A DNA stretch of 63,220 nucleotides, the filler included, from Reclinomonas americana ATCC 50394 (lineage: Eukaryota): NCBI GenBank assembly GCA_048213135.1. It is 6 parts of 5 records of this genome, joined end to end, with 100 filler letters (N's around TTAATTAATTAA, not from the genome) between each part and the next. Parts side by side here need not be neighbours in the genome. Positions count along the whole stretch, not along the records: positions 1 to 26,730 come from PS015192.1; 5 more parts are not named here. One strand, written 5' to 3'. Below are positions 1 through 14,325 of this stretch, piece after piece. Both the position numbers and the translations under genes were made by a program. Within the stretch, counting starts at the first letter, position 1. The number at the start of each line of letters is the position of its first letter. Under the pieces are notes generated by a model. It did not search any database. It was not told the DNA's origin and saw only the letters and a program-made list of their open reading frames with translations.

Positions 1-135
1 TGCCCCTCTCGCTCTCTTCTGCAGCGATTCCCTTTGAAACTTCCGTCTCTAGTATTCGCTCCTTTTGTTTTCACGTGTCCGGTCTCCGACGACGCACAGC
101 CGTTTCTTTTCTGACTGACTTGGCTCGCGACACAG

Positions 136-451
136 GTTGGCCGAGAACCCGTGTGCTGAGGACCCACACTATCGGTACCGCGTGCTGCACAAGCTGCCGA
201 ATCTGGAGAAACTCGACGATCTCGGTCGGTCATTTCGCGATTGTTCCGATGAATTATGCAAGGCACTCACTCTCGCTCACTCACTCACTCTCCGCCGTCG
301 TCATGCAGAGGTGACGGAGGATGAACATGCGCAAGCCACGGCGCTCTTTGGTTCCGTGGCCAATCGCTACCCGTCGACCCCGACTCATCACAGTGCGAGT
401 AACAAGGACGAGTACTCGGCGAATTATCCGCACCATCGGGTCCTGCAGCGG
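136..451 (+). CDS. CFAP410: CFAP410/C21orf2-like LRR-cap protein, C-terminal exons (partial)
   Basis: cag|G TTG GCC GAG AAC CCG gives (W)LAENPCAEDPHYRYRVLHKLPNLEKLDDLE|VTEDE, matching the CFAP410 WLAENPC..YR..VL..LP.L.KLD motif. One GT-AG intron; runs into the N gap. Confidence 0.85.
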
Positions 452-1393
452 GTGTGTGTGTGTGTGTGCACAAGCGATAGCTTTCCGGGATCGTCCGCAT
501 CCTCTCACTGCTNNNNNNNNNNNNNNNNNNNNNNNNNNNNNNNNNNNNNNNNNNNNNNNNNNNNNNNNNNNNNNNNNNNNNNNNNNNNNNNNNNNNNNNN
601 NNNNNNNNNNNNNNNNNNNNNNNNNNNNNNNNNNNNNNNNNNNNNNNNNNNNNNNNNNNNNNNNNNNNNNNNNNNNNNNNNNNNNNNNNNNNNNNNNNNN
701 NNNNNNNNNNNNNNNNNNNNNNNNNNNNNNNNNNNNNNNNNNNNNNNNNNNNNNNNNNNNNNNNNNNNNNNNNNNNNNNNNNNNNNNNNNNNNNNNNNNN
801 NNNNNNNNNNNNNNNNNNNNNNNNNNNNNNNNNNNNNNNNNNNNNNNNNNNNNNNNNNNNNNNNNNNNNNNNNNNNNNNNNNNNNNNNNNNNNNNNNNNN
901 NNNNNNNNNNNNNNNNNNNNNNNNNNNNNNNNNNNNNNNNNNNNNNNNNNNNNNNNNNNNNNNNNNNNNNNNNNNNNNNNNNNNNNNNNNNNNNNNNNNN
1001 NNNNNNNNNNNNNNNNNNNNNNNNNNNNNNNNNNNNNNNNNNNNNNNNNNNNNNNNNNNNNNNNNNNNNNNNNNNNNNNNNNNNNNNNNNNNNNNNNNNN
1101 NNNNNNNNNNNNNNNNNNNNNNNNNNNNNNNNNNNNNNNNNNNNNNNNNNNNNNNNNNNNNNNNNNNNNNNNNNNNNNNNNNNNNNNNNNNNNNNNNNNN
1201 NNNNNNNNNNNNNNNNNNNNNNNNNNNNNNNNNNNNNNNNNNNNNNNNNNNNNNNNNNNNNNNNNNNNNNNNNNNNNNNNNNNNNNNNNNNNNNNNNNNN
1301 NNNNNNNNNNNNNNNNNNNNNNNNNNNNNNNNNNNNNNNNNNNNNNNNNNNNNNNNNNNNNNNNNNCAGGGCACACACACGAGAGATACGCAC

Positions 1394-1930
1394 CACAAGA
1401 CGCGCAGTCGCGGCAAGCTGACCAAGTGCTGCAGTTCATCCAAATCACTGATATTGTTCCTACGGGAGGTGAAGATGTCAGATGATGATGATCATCACCA
1501 CAAGCAGCAATCTACTCTCTCTCTCTCACTCACCGACGCAAGTAGAGCTCACACAAGTTGGTGCAGGCGGCAAGCGCATGCAACGAGTGAATATTGTTGA
1601 CACTGAGACTGAGAATCTCAATGTTGCTGCACTCCTGCAGCACATCCATCTGTGGACAAAGAAAGAGAGAGAGAGAGAGAGAAGGGGCAAAGAGAGACAG
1701 AGAGAACAGAGCACATCACATCACGTCGCATGGTAAGTGTTCGATTCACACAGTCTGTCACGAGAAGAGAGCAGTTTGCGGGATTCACTTCTCACCTCAG
1801 AGATGCCAACTCCCCACGCGTTGAGGCGCTTCACCTCGCGCAGCGTGGACGACTTGGTGCGGTCAAGCACCAGCTCACGCGACAGCTGCAGCCCACCACC
1901 AGCGGGCATCGGACTTGCGAGAGTCGCCAT
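1394..1930 (-). CDS. CFAP410: CFAP410/C21orf2-like LRR protein, N-terminal exons
   Basis: Spliced: MATLASPMPAGGGLQLSRELVLDRTKSSTLREVKRLNAWGVGISE|MDVLQECSNIEILSLSVNNIHSLHALAACTNLCELYLRRNNISDLDELQHLVSLPRLRVL(W), which follows the CFAP410 N-terminus closely. Confidence 0.88.
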
Positions 1931-2171
1931 GAGAGAGACAAGCCACACAAGAGAGAGAGAGAGCAAGTAAAAAAAGGAGTGAATCACTCGAAAGGCAAGA
2001 CAGACTGTGTGTAGAGCGCGAGTGTGTGGAACGTGCAAAAGGGAGACAGTGAGTCAAGCACGAGTGGTCTAAGAAGGTGTCGCGTTTCTCTCTCCACTCT
2101 CTATGACGGAAGATCTAAGTATGTGACAATGAGAGAGATGACGTCATGATCTGTCCTCTGCTTGCATCGCG

Positions 2172-4691
2172 ATGATTGAGAGACTGCGCAGTCGACCATT
2201 GCTGCTCGTTCTATGCACGGGCGTGGTGCTTGTGATGGTGCTGTTCATGGCCAGCTCATCANNNNNNNNNNNNNNNNNNNNNNNNNNNNNNNNNNNNNNN
2301 NNNNNNNNNNNNNNNNNNNNNNNNNNNNNNNNNNNNNNNNNNNNNNNNNNNNNNNNNNNNNNNNNNNNNNNNNNNNNNNNNNNNNNNNNNNNNNNNNNNN
2401 NNNNNNNNNNNNNNNNNNNNNNNNNNNNNNNNNNNNNNNNNNNNNNNNNNNNNNNNNNNNNNNNNNNNNNNNNNNNNNNNNNNNNNNNNNNNNNNNNNNN
2501 NNNNNNNNNNNNNNNNNNNNNNNNNNNNNNNNNNNNNNNNNNNNNNNNNNNNNNNNNNNNNNNNNNNNNNNNNNNNNNNNNNNNNNNNNNNNNNNNNNNN
2601 NNNNNNNNNNNNNNNNNNNNNNNNNNNNNNNNNNNNNNNNNNNNNNNNNNNTGGCGGCGATCGAGCAGGCAGTGGCGCCTGGAGCAGCAGAATCGTGAGG
2701 GATCGCCGGCGTTTGCGCGCGCAGTGCAGCAGGTCGTGGACAAGGTGACCGCGAGAAAGTCGGAGGAGGCGGTGGTGGTGATGGTGATGGTGGTGACGTG
2801 GGGCTTTCGGGATATGGCGTGGAACTTGCTGCTGAGCATTCGCGCTCTCCATCTCGACGATCACGTGCTGGTGGTGGCAGTCGACGATCGCTCGGCTGAG
2901 TTCTTCCAGTTGCACGGCTTTGTCACGTACAGGCGGGAGCTGTCGCAGTTGGGCGCTGGCACCGACTTTGATATCAACTCGGCCGGCTTCAATGTGGTCA
3001 CGGTGGAGAAGGTGGCGTCGGCGTACCGAGTGGCGCGACTCGGGCACGGTGTGCTTGTTGCCGATGCCGACATGCTGTGGCAGAGCTCGCCGCTGCCNNN
3101 NNNNNNNNNNNNNNNNNNNNNNNNNNNNNNNNNNNNNNNNNNNNNNNNNNNNNNNNNNNNNNNNNNNNNNNNNNNNNNNNNNNNNNNNNNNNNNNNNNNN
3201 NNNNNNNNNNNNNNNNNNNNNNNNNNNNNNNNNNNNNNNNNNNNNNNNNNNNNNNNNNNNNNNNNNNNNNNNNNNNNNNNNNNNNNNNNNNNNNNNNNNN
3301 NNNNNNNNNNNNNNNNNNNNNNNNNNNNNNNNNNNNNNNNNNNNNNNNNNNNNNNNNNNNNNNNNNNNNNNNNNNNNNNNNNNNAATGTTGTGCACAGAC
3401 TGCGATGTGCACATTAGCTCGGAGAACACCGATGTGGTGGGCGGTGACTCCTCCATCGAGTACATCAACTCGGGCTTCTACTATGTGCGACCGACAGCGC
3501 GCGGCGTAAAGTTGCTGGAGGAGGTGCTCGACGAGGCGCTGCTGCAGGTCGACTTCAACGATCAGGCGTCGTTCCAGAACGTGCTGCACGGCAATGTGGT
3601 GCCCGGACTGCAGGCCGTCGGCATGGACGTGGTGCGTGTGTGTACAGCGCTATGCCATCCTTCTTGTGTTGTGCTGATCTAACATCTCTGAAACCGGCAG
3701 CTTAAAGTGCCGAACGGCATGGTGTACTTCCTCAAACGACTGCCGCAGCGCGAGCGGGTGACTCCCATGGTCATCCACAACAACTGGATCACCGGCAGTG
3801 CGGCCAAGGTGTACCGATTCAAGGAGAACCTCATGTGGCATTTGGGTTGCGGAGAGCGCTTGCACATACACACACACGCACGCATATGCTCGCTGCCTTT
3901 TCTCACCTTCTTTCCCCTTCACAACGCAGATGTGCCCGAGTACCACGAGACGAAAAAGTATGTGACCTACACACACAATCTGCGCGAGCTGTTCTCGTCG
4001 TGGAGTCGCGGCCGACGCACGGTCGATCGCTACTTTGACGAGTTCACCTATTTCAAGTTGTGTATGGCATCCACCACGACGGCCGATTGTGTCGTGTTGT
4101 CACTCAGCGCGCCCCGCCGACAGAGAATCGCTGCGATCGGCGTTTGCCGTGGCCCGCGTGCTGGATCGCACACTCATTTTGCCGCGGTTCGAATGCTCGC
4201 GAATCTACGGACACGACTCGTGCGACTTGGATGCCTTCTTCGCCGCCAATGTGCTGCTGAAGCACGCCGACGTGCGGGAGCACTCGTTTCTGGTGAACCC
4301 GCGTGTAGACAGTCAGGTGCGAGCCAGTGCGGCGCCCAATGTGTGCATCGCGCGTCGGGACGAGCGAGGAGGCGAGTGGTGCGACGTGGTACACAGTGCC
4401 GAGGTCACATTTCGACCGGTCGACTCCTCGGCTGGTGCGTGCATTTGTGTTTCATCTCTCCACTTCCACCACTCCCTCACAATCACGTGCGTGTGCTTGA
4501 CAGGTGCCACGGATGCAGAGGTGCGACAGTGGTTCGGGCAGTCGACGCTGCGCGTGTTGCACTTTGACAGCATGTTTCGGCGATTTCACAAGTTTGAGAA
4601 GGCCAGTGAGCAGGCCGACTTTGACGCGTGGTTCGAGACGGCCGTGCGGGAGATGAGATTACCGCACCTGAGTGACGACTCGTGGTCATGA
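2172..4691 (+). CDS. Type II membrane nucleotide-diphospho-sugar transferase (GT77-like), two internal gaps
   Basis: N-terminal TM (LLLVLCTGVVLVMVLFM), DxD motif (VADADMLW), INSGFYYVRPT, NDQASF, IHNNWITG..KVYRFKE, and a C-terminal ARVLDRTLILPRF segment like XEG113-type GT77s. Four GT-AG introns visible. Confidence 0.8.
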
Positions 4692-4754
4692 AGAAAGAGT
4701 AATGTGTGACGACGACATGCATGTGCAAACACAACTGCTTCAAAAATCACTGCA

Positions 4755-7700
4755 TTATCTCTCATCACCGGTGCGCGCTCCCTTGCTGAAGTTTTGTACA
4801 ACGTCACGCAACCGCACGTCGCCGGTGCGTTGCTTGCGTAGATTCGACGACACGTCGGCCAGTCTCTTGGCCAGCTCCTCGTCGGTGAGACCGTCGCGTT
4901 GTGCGAGCAGCAGCTGGTTCTCACGCTCGCTGCGCACCAGCCGGTCACGCAGGTCGCCAAGCTCCTGTTCCCGCTCACCAAGCGCCTCATCCAATTTGCG
5001 CCTCTCGCCCTCGCTGTCCGCCAGCTGTGCACGAGGTTGAGGGAGGGATGAAAGCAGTCGGGAGGTCGTCAACACACGGCTCACCTTGCGATTCAGCTCT
5101 CGAATGTCATTCTCCAACTTGGTAACCTTGGTGTTCGTCGCTCGGATAAAGTCCTCCGTGGATCTCTGCTCATGCATGATGTACACCACGAGATCAGCAA
5201 CTCCGTGGGTGTGCACTACTGGACGCAAAAAGACACTGACCCTCGATGTCTCCAGCGCCTTCAGATCGTCGGCAAGTCTCTTCTCCATCTCCGCCAACAG
5301 TGTGTCCTTCTTGGCCAGCGTGTCCTTGGCCGAGCGAATGTCACGCGCCAGATCCAGCACTTGGCCCACCAGCAAGTCGCGCTCCGCGACCAAGTCGTTG
5401 TACATGGTATCCACCCTGTGACATGCACATACATATGAGTCTTCTGCTGTCAACGCACAGCTGTCAACTGCACGCAACTTCTTATTTACAGCCTCCTGTA
5501 CAACAGCCGTCTGCCGTTCGGCGGCCTCGCGGTCTCGAATAGCCGACGCCAGTTTCTCTTCTGCGGTCGCCAGTGCGTCACGCAGCCTTCCAATCTCCAG
5601 TCGCGCCTCACGCTCCTGCACGTGTGGCATGAGTGACACATCTCAGCAGGCGCACACCCATCACACCAACGAAGACACCAACCTCATTCCGCACAGCCTC
5701 CAGATCAGCCTTGCGGTCAGCGAGCTCCGCCTGCAGCGCCGACACACGATCGGTGAGCCGCCGTTGCTCCAACTCATGCTGCGCCTTCATGTTGTCCAAC
5801 TCGTGCTCCAGCGTGGTCACCGCGTGCCGCTCCTCTTCCACCTGCCGCGACACCTTGTCAATCTCCTTGCGCAGCTCGCGGCCCTCGCTCAGCGACGCGT
5901 CCAACTCGTGCGACATGCGCTCATTGTCCGCACGGTTGGCCTTGAGCTCGGCTGCAACACACATTCAGTCAGTGGCCAGCCAACGCAAACAAGCGCACGG
6001 CGCGATTCACGCAACTGGTGACCGAATCCAATTGCCGGCGCAGATCGTGGAGCGCACGGTCGGCCGATTCCAACTGCTGCTGTCGCTCACGCAGCTGCTG
6101 CTTCAACGCATGCACCTCGTCGTTGGTCTCATCGAGTTCGGCGCGAATCGCTTCGTACTGCGACTCGGAGCGCTCCTTCTCGTGGCGCAGTGCGTCAATC
6201 TCCCGCGAGTACTCCTTCGCCTTCTTGTCCATCATCAGCATCTGCTGCTGCAGCGACGTGAGCGTCGACTCCATCCAGTCGCGCTGCGTTCGCGACTCGC
6301 TGTCCAAGTGACTCAGTGCCTCGCGCGACTTGGCCAGCGCCTCGGTGGTCGTCTGTGACACCTTGCCTGAGTGCACTCGCGACACATACTCACACCATCG
6401 CCAACACTGACCTTGTGCGCCAGTCGTACGTCCTCCAGTTCTCCACGCCAGGTGGCGGCCGACTGTTCAAGAAGTGCCAACACTCGATCGTACTGGCGAC
6501 GCACGGCCTCCTGCTTCTCCTGCGACTCCGACAATGTGTGTTGCATCTCACGGGTCGTGGCGTCCGTGTGCTGTGTGCGCAATGTCAGTACGAACAAGAT
6601 GACATGATCACCACAGACGCCAAGCCATTCGACGCAACATCGCGCATTTGACGAATCTGCTCGTGTGCAGCGCGCAGCTGTTCCGCCAGTGCGTCGCATC
6701 GCATCTCCGCATCGGTGTGCTGCCTCTGCTCGCGCTCAAGCTCCTCCTTTGCGCGATGACATGCGCTCTCCTGCAGACACACATGAGCACATCGAGATAG
6801 CGATGCACAAAAAAGCACAGAGCAAAGGACGAACCCACTGAGAGGCGGCACGGGTGAGTTCCGCGTTGCGTTCGCGCAGTTCCGTCGATTGCTGCTCCAC
6901 ACGCTGCACGTGCCTCTCTCCATCCTTTCGCTGCATCTCCAGCTCGCGCTCGTTTGTCTGCAACAACGCAAGATCAGCAAACGCTGCCCTGCACCCCTCC
7001 TAACAACCAAGACGTCTCACCTCCAACTGCATGTGCATGCGATCCAGCTCGGCTCGTTGCAACTGATTCGAACCCTGCAGTTCCATGAGTTGCGAGTGGA
7101 CCTCGCTCAATCGTCGCGCGAGATCCTCCTCGGCTCGCGACCTTGCGTTGACAGTCTGCCACCCGCCGTAAGCAAGCAAGCAGGAAATAGAAAGTCGTGG
7201 CAAACAAAAAAGCGACGGCATACACACCAAGTTCAGCGTCTGAGAATGAGCGCGATGTTCGGCCTCGAGACGATCCAAATCGCCCGACAAATCGACCAAG
7301 CGCTGCGACGATCTCCGCTGCAACTCGGCGAGATGGTCGGGCAGGCGACTTTGTTCGTGCTGCAGACACACACACACAACAACACGTGAGTCACATACAC
7401 ACACCACGCCTTCCAGCTCCTCTTCTCCCACTCAGCGCACCTGCATGCGTGCCAGCATCTCCGACGTCTTGGCACTCTCATCGCGCAGTGCACTCGTCTC
7501 CAACAGCAGCGTGTCGAAAAAGTGCAGCTGCGTGCGTGCAATGCGCACAAACTCGGCGCGCTCGCGCTCTCCAGCCGCATTCTCCTCGTTCAGCGCCTCC
7601 AAATGCTCGACACGCGCTTGCCTACGCGAACACACACCACGATGAGCACACACATACACACACACACAACGACATAAAAGTCGCAACTTTTGCTGCAGGT

Positions 7701-10700
7701 GCATGGTGGCCGACTCGTGCGCCTCGTGCAAGCGCGACAGCTGAACAGTGGCCTCTTGCAGTCTGTGGCGCAAGTTGTGGTTCGAACGCAAGACCTGCCG
7801 CAGTGGCAGCATCAGGTCGCTCTCCACAAAGTCCTCCAGCCCAGTGGCCAGTCGACCCTCCTGTCCGGCAAACGCATTAATGTCGACACTGCGCGCGCAC
7901 ACACCGTCAGCAGAACAATCCAGAAAAAATCGAAGAGAGCAGGGAGAACGCACGCCGAGTCGGGCAAGTCGGCCGAAGTGGCCTCGTCCAGCGCCGAATT
8001 CTCCATCATGTGCGCCAGACAGAGGAGCGCACGACATGCCACCGCATGCTTCTTTTGCAGCGACGACAACCGCGAACCGTGATCGTCGTTGGACGCCAGA
8101 GCCTCCTCGTGAGCGCGCTCCAACGCCCGGTGCTGCACCACGAGATTGCGGTAGTCCTCGGCGAGTCGCTCACGGTGTCCATCGAGCTTGCTCTCCAAGT
8201 ACTCCTGGCTCTGCAACTGACTCTGCGCCGTGTCCAGCATGCGCTTCAGCGCGGCGATCTCTCTGCACACGACATTTGCGCGGTGAGTATCCGTGGAAAG
8301 AAAGGAGGCAGGCAACAAACGATTATAAAGGTACGCAACTGTGCGTGCTTGGTGTTCTCGTCGTGCAACAACTCGGTGAGGGCGTCGTTGTCGGCGCGCA
8401 CACGCTTGAGGTCTGAGCATACGCGCAGATGGTCCGCCTGCACCGAGGTCAGCTGCTGCTGCATCTCCGAGAGCATCAACGCCTGCTTCTGGCGATTCTC
8501 AAAGAACGACTTTTGACCCGAGAGCAAACGCTGCAACGGAAGAATGAAGCACTCTGTGAGTTGGTGCACCGCATACTACTCACGGGCTGGTGAAGTGACG
8601 AAACCTCGTGCTCAATCTGCAGTTGCTCCAAGAAACGCACAGCATGCGCCTTCTCCTCTGTCGTCTGCGACACGGCAGCGTCCAGCTCACTCACGCGATG
8701 CTGGCTTCGACCGAGCTCATTCTCCAATGATGACAACACTTCTGCAAGCCATCGCCAGACACATATTAGCCACACACGCACGCAGTAACAGCAGAAGAAA
8801 CACACATCGCCCAACGGCCTGACCTTGATCGCGCTTCTGCAGCGTGGTGAGCGCGTCCCACAGCATCTTGACTTGGCGCGCCAACGACTCGGTGCGATCA
8901 CCCAACGATGAGTGCTCGCCCAGCAGACGACTTTGTGTGCGCGTAAGGTTGCCGATACGGTCACCGGCCGACTCGGCCTTGAGATCAAGCTCCTTGTCGA
9001 AACCTGATGCAGGCGTGTTGGCACAAGAGACACTGCCGATGCGCCAATCATGCGACGAAACTCTCTTGCAGCTCCATCAGTCGCTCTTCGTGCACCTGCG
9101 CCTGCATTTGCAACTCGCGCTCCAACGAATCAATGCGGTGCTCCAGCTCCACACGCAAGTGCTGGCAGGGAATGAATGAAAGGGGAAAGCACCGTGAGGA
9201 CGACAAACGCGACGATGGTAACCAAACAGCAAGTCGGCAACGCACCTCCAGATCCGCCACACGAGCCTCCGACTCACGAAGTGATGCCTGGCAGTGAATC
9301 AAATCAGACTCCAGAGCACCGGTGCTTGCGCGCGCTTTGCGGTGGTCTCGTTGCACGCCTGGTTTCAGGCCAACACAGTGAACATCTCAGTTAGTGGAAC
9401 GCACACACGGGCGGCAACACGTCGACCGCACCTTCCACCTGACCCAGCAACTCCTCGTTCTCTGCCTCGAGCGCACTGAGCTCTCTCCGCAGCTTCTCCG
9501 ACCGCTCCTTCAGCATCTCGTTCTCACGCGCCGCTCGTTCCATCGCCTCCTCCGACTGCACGAGCACGAATGGGAGAAATCAGACGACTGCCTGTCGCCC
9601 GCGATTCTGTTGCGTACGTGCGGATACTCGCTGCGTCTGCTCAAACAACTGTCGACTTCTATCGCTAACTCTCTGTCTGTCTCTCTGACGCACTCTGTAT
9701 CATCACAGCAACAACGGGAGGGAGGCAAAGAAAGAGACCAAGACAGAAGAAAGAGAAGAGAGAGCAACGAAGAAGGGCACAAAACCCGCAAGTCACGGAC
9801 GTTTGCCAGCATCAGCTTGGTGTCGTGAGCAAAGTGCCGCGCCGCGCGCAGCTCCTCTCGTGTCTGCTCCAATTCTTGCACGGCCTATAACCGATGATTA
9901 GTTTACGAAAAACTGACAGGATGATCAACGAGCTGCGCGCGACTCACCTCTTCGAGCTGTGTCGTATGCGCACGGAGTTGCTTGCTGTGATTCAAGGCCA
10001 ACTCGGACATTTGCACGACCAAATGATTCTTCTGCTTTCACCAAGAAATCAGCAATGGTGGGGGAAGAAGGTGGATACTCATGGCACTCACTTCGACCTC
10101 GCCGCCCGTCATGTGGATCGGAGAGCGCGACGACACGGGTGACATTGGCTCGCGGACACCGAGGTAAGTGAGTATCTGCACATTCGAAAGAAGGCACCAG
10201 ACATTAGCTCCTTTCAAAAACAGCAGCATGCATCTGGTCAGGCATACCTCGGCGAGCTGAGCCTGTGCTGTCGCAAGAGCAGCGTCACGCAGTGCCAACT
10301 TGTGCTGCAGCGTGCGATTATCTTCCGCCAACGCCCGCCGCTCGTTCTCCGCCGCCGTCAGCTGCGTCACCTGGGAACGCGCATCGGCAAGCGCCGAGTC
10401 GCGCAGCGCCAGTTGTGTCGTGAGCGTCTGATGCGCGTCGGACAGCTTCATCGTCTCCACTTCCAGCGACGTCAGCTCTGTTACACGCGCCTTATGGCTC
10501 GTGAGCTGGCTCTCCAGCAGTGCACGCGCTTGCTTCATGTGTGTCAGTTCGTCTGCCAGCGTCTCCTTCTCCAGACGCAAGGCCGTCATCTGCAAGGGCA
10601 ATTGAACAAATCAGTACACAACGAGAAAGAGAGATAGGCGACAAAACAGCACTCCCGCATACCGCTGACAGCTGGCTGCGACACTCTTCGACATTCTTGC

Positions 10701-13700
10701 GCAGTGACACACCGCGCTCCTCGGCCGCATTACGACGCTCCTCTGACACGCTCAAGTCGTCGGCCAGTCGAGCGTTCTGTTCGCCCAGTCGCTGCACTTG
10801 CAACGAGGCGTCCTCCAGCGAGTTGGTCAACGTCACACACCGATGATCGAGCGACTCGAGCCGCTCCTCGGCAGCACGCAGCTCGCTCCGGAGACGAGTG
10901 ATCTGCAGGCATTCGCCAACATGCGTCAGCTATCAAGCAGGTAGGGCGCGAGAGAGAGCACGGACAATGCAAACCTCATGGTCGGCCTCACGAACATCGC
11001 CGCTGCTCTTGCGCACATCGCTCTCGGCGGCTTCCGCACGCCGGCGCGTCGACGTGAGTTCACTCATGAGCTCATCGACGCGCAGATCCGTCTGCACAAT
11101 CGGTCGGGCGCAGAGTGAGCCACACACACACACACACTACGCTAACAAAAAAAAAGCGACACATTACGGACCTGGTGCGATCGCTCACGCCACTTGTCGA
11201 GCTCGATATCGCGCGCCTTGACAGCCGCGTCCAGCTCCGCGGCACGTCGATGCAAATCCTCGCAGCGAGCTTGCAACTGTGGAAGCGAGGCACATTGTGC
11301 GTCAGACATTGTTGCGAGAATAGTGTCAGTGCGAACATGCACCAAAAACCACTGACCTTGCCGTTGCTGTCAAACACTTCGGTCACTGCGTGCTGAATGC
11401 TCTCGGCGTTCTACAAGAGAGAGCGAGCAAGCAACATCAGCAGCGGTCAATACAGCAGGTGGGGTGACGGCACGCAACTCGCTTGATGGAAGCACCGGCC
11501 GGCATGTACTGGTCGATAGCAGAGGCGATTTGTGCCAGGTCGGCCTCTAACGCCGCATTGGCCTCCTCCAGCGACTGAATGGCTTCGCCGTTCACGGAGG
11601 TCTCCTCGTTAAGCCGATCGGTGAGAATCTGATTCTTGGTTTGTGCCTCGCGCAGGGCATTGTCGAGCTGCAGCAAGGGGAGATGAGCGAGTGGCCCCTT
11701 AATGTCGTGACGAGGCAGTCGATTCTCCCACACACCCTTTCGATTGACAAGCTGAATTCGCGATTGGTGGTTCGCACTTCCCTCAGTGAGCCGTCCAACT
11801 GCAGATATGTTGACGGTGAGGGATGAATGAAATGTCTACTCGTGCACCGAGGGGACACACACATACACACCTCTAGACAGCGCGCTTCGGCATCTAATCT
11901 CGCTTGCTCAGTCGACCGCCACTTGGATTCCGTCTGTGTGCTTTCGCTGGTGAGCCACCAATACGCCAGTCGCCACAGCCAGAGAGACGAAACCAACGCA
12001 CCCTTTCTAGCCTGTCCATAATATCCTCCCGCTCCCGCGAAATCTCGCGAACGCGCGATTCGACCTGCTCAATGTGCGACTCGGCCTGCGACAGCGCCGA
12101 CTCCAAATCCGCCAGCTCACCCTCCAGCTGAATGATGCGTGAGTTATGAAGGCGACACACTGCGCACTCATGGCAGAGACATGAACGGTACCTCACGGCA
12201 ATGATCCACCGTCCTTCGCAGTTCTGACTCGAGCCGATTGCGATCGGTGAGCACACGATCGAGCTCCTCCGAGGCCTGCACACACACACATCCACCCCGG
12301 TTCAGTTTCACCGCACTTCTCCTGCTCCTCCCCGCACGACTCACAAACCTCACGTGAACGACCGACAGCATTTGTGCGCGCGCTTTCCAGCTGCTGCAAG
12401 GCCTCTCGTGAATGGTGCAGCTCCTGCTCGATTTGCTTGTTGATGCGCGCCTGTTCAAATAGCCTCTCCTCACACTGCGCGCATACGGTGAGTGGCCGGA
12501 GGTAGAGGCAACAAACGCACAACCAACTTGCCTTTTCGAGCTTCGCAGCCAGGGTGCTGCGCGCCTCCTCGGCCTCGGCAAAGTCGCGCTCCAACTGCGA
12601 CTTGGACTCGACCACTCGGGCAAACTCGTTCTGCAGCTGCGTCAGGCCCATCGACTTGGCTTGCACCAACTGCCGCAGTTCGTCGCGCGCCTGTTGCATC
12701 TCAGCATCGACCTGTGTCGCATTCTGGTGAGCACAACAGCAGCAGCAGCACACGTGCTTGACGGAGAAATGAAAACACACACCTGCTTTTGCTGCGAGGC
12801 CAACTGTGCATTGTCTTGCTCCGCTTGCAAAAGGCGATCCTCCGTCTGTGCGCACACGCAGAGCAGTGATCGCCACGCAAAGAAGAGAACCAAAGCCGCC
12901 ACCATCATCATCGTTCGCGGGAGAGGAGCAGCAAGAAGGAGCAAGAGGGAAAGGCGAGGAACACGAATCTGTCTCTCTCTTTCTCGTCAGTCTCTCGCTC
13001 TCTCTCTCACTCATTGTCTGCCTGCGCTGAATTCTCTGCTCCTACTACTGCGCGGGGCGGAACGCATGCGCTGCGATGCAGTTTTGCATCGTAGCATGGA
13101 TTCACACCAACCTGACGCATTTTCTTCTCCATGCGTTCAATCTCGTCCTGCTTGGCGTCTGTGATTCCACCCACGAGTGAGCAGCGCGCAGAATAATAAG
13201 AGTGAAGCAAAATGCCACATCAAAAAACGCACCGCGCAGCTGGTTCATGGCATTGGTCAGCGACGAGTTCTCGTTTTGCACCGTCAGCAGCTCCGACGTC
13301 AGCTCATTCTGCACACCACGCAATTCCTCATTGTCGTTCTCCAGACTCTCAATCCGCCGACGCAGCTCCAGCACCTAACAGTAGACGCAGTGAGTGCCAA
13401 GCGGCCACACCAAGGCGCGAAACACCAACGCAACAGCCTCTTGGTGTCCAGGCGGAGGCTGTGGTCCACCGACGCCCGCCGCCGACGACGCAAACAGATG
13501 CTGCGGGAAGCCAAAGTCTCCGCCATTGGCCAGCGGCAGCGGTGTCAACTCGGGCACTTGGATCGACAGCTGCGGCCGCTTCATCTCGCCCTGCTGCTGC
13601 TGCTGCTGATGCGTCGACGACAGCCGATCCAACCGCTCAATCACCGTGCCCAGCATCGCCGACTCCACCGGCGACGCCGACAGCGACGTCTTGAAGACGG

Positions 13701-13995
13701 CATTGAGCGAGGTGGCCTCGGAGCGCAGACGCGCCAGCAGTGCGCCCAGCGCCGGCGATCCAAGCAAGCGACCACCCGACGGAACTCCCAACGAGCGCAG
13801 CAACTCCTCCTGCTCGTCGGCCGCCAACTCTGGCACCGTGGGCGCCGCCGAGGGCAACACAGAGCCCGGCACGCATGTGCGCAGCAGCGCAGTCACCACA
13901 AAGTTGAGCTCGGAGAGGCGTGCGCCGAGTGACGACGACGGTGATCCAGCTGCGGATCGTGGCGACACTCCCGCTGATGATGACGAGGAGGTCAT
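4755..13995 (-). CDS. Giant multi-exon coiled-coil protein (centrosomal/rootlet-like; orthology unknown)
   Basis: Dozens of E/Q/R/L/A-rich heptad exons (e.g. LRRRIESLENDNEELRGVQNELTSELLTVQNEN) separated by short GT-AG introns. Putative start MTSSSSS at 13995; stop at 4755. Confidence 0.7.
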
Positions 13996-14325
13996 TAGAA
14001 CGCCATTGCCACCGCCGCCACCTGTGTGAGAGAGAGATGTGTGAGTGGGCCCGCGGTCCGAATTGTGAAACCACTCTCTCTCCAGCACACTTTTTGTCTC
14101 ACAAACACGAAAAGTGCGCTCACACATGCGCGCACGCACACAGTGAACATGCATATTCACGCGCGTACATGCATGTGTGTGAGAGAGAGAGTGGAGACTC
14201 ACCGTCGAAATACATCGCGCACGGCCCGCTTTTTGTTTGATTTGGTGGACAGACGCTCGCTCTGTCCCATTCACCAAACTGTCCCAGCGGTCGGTCACTC
14301 GCGCACACAGACAGAGAGTGCGAGG

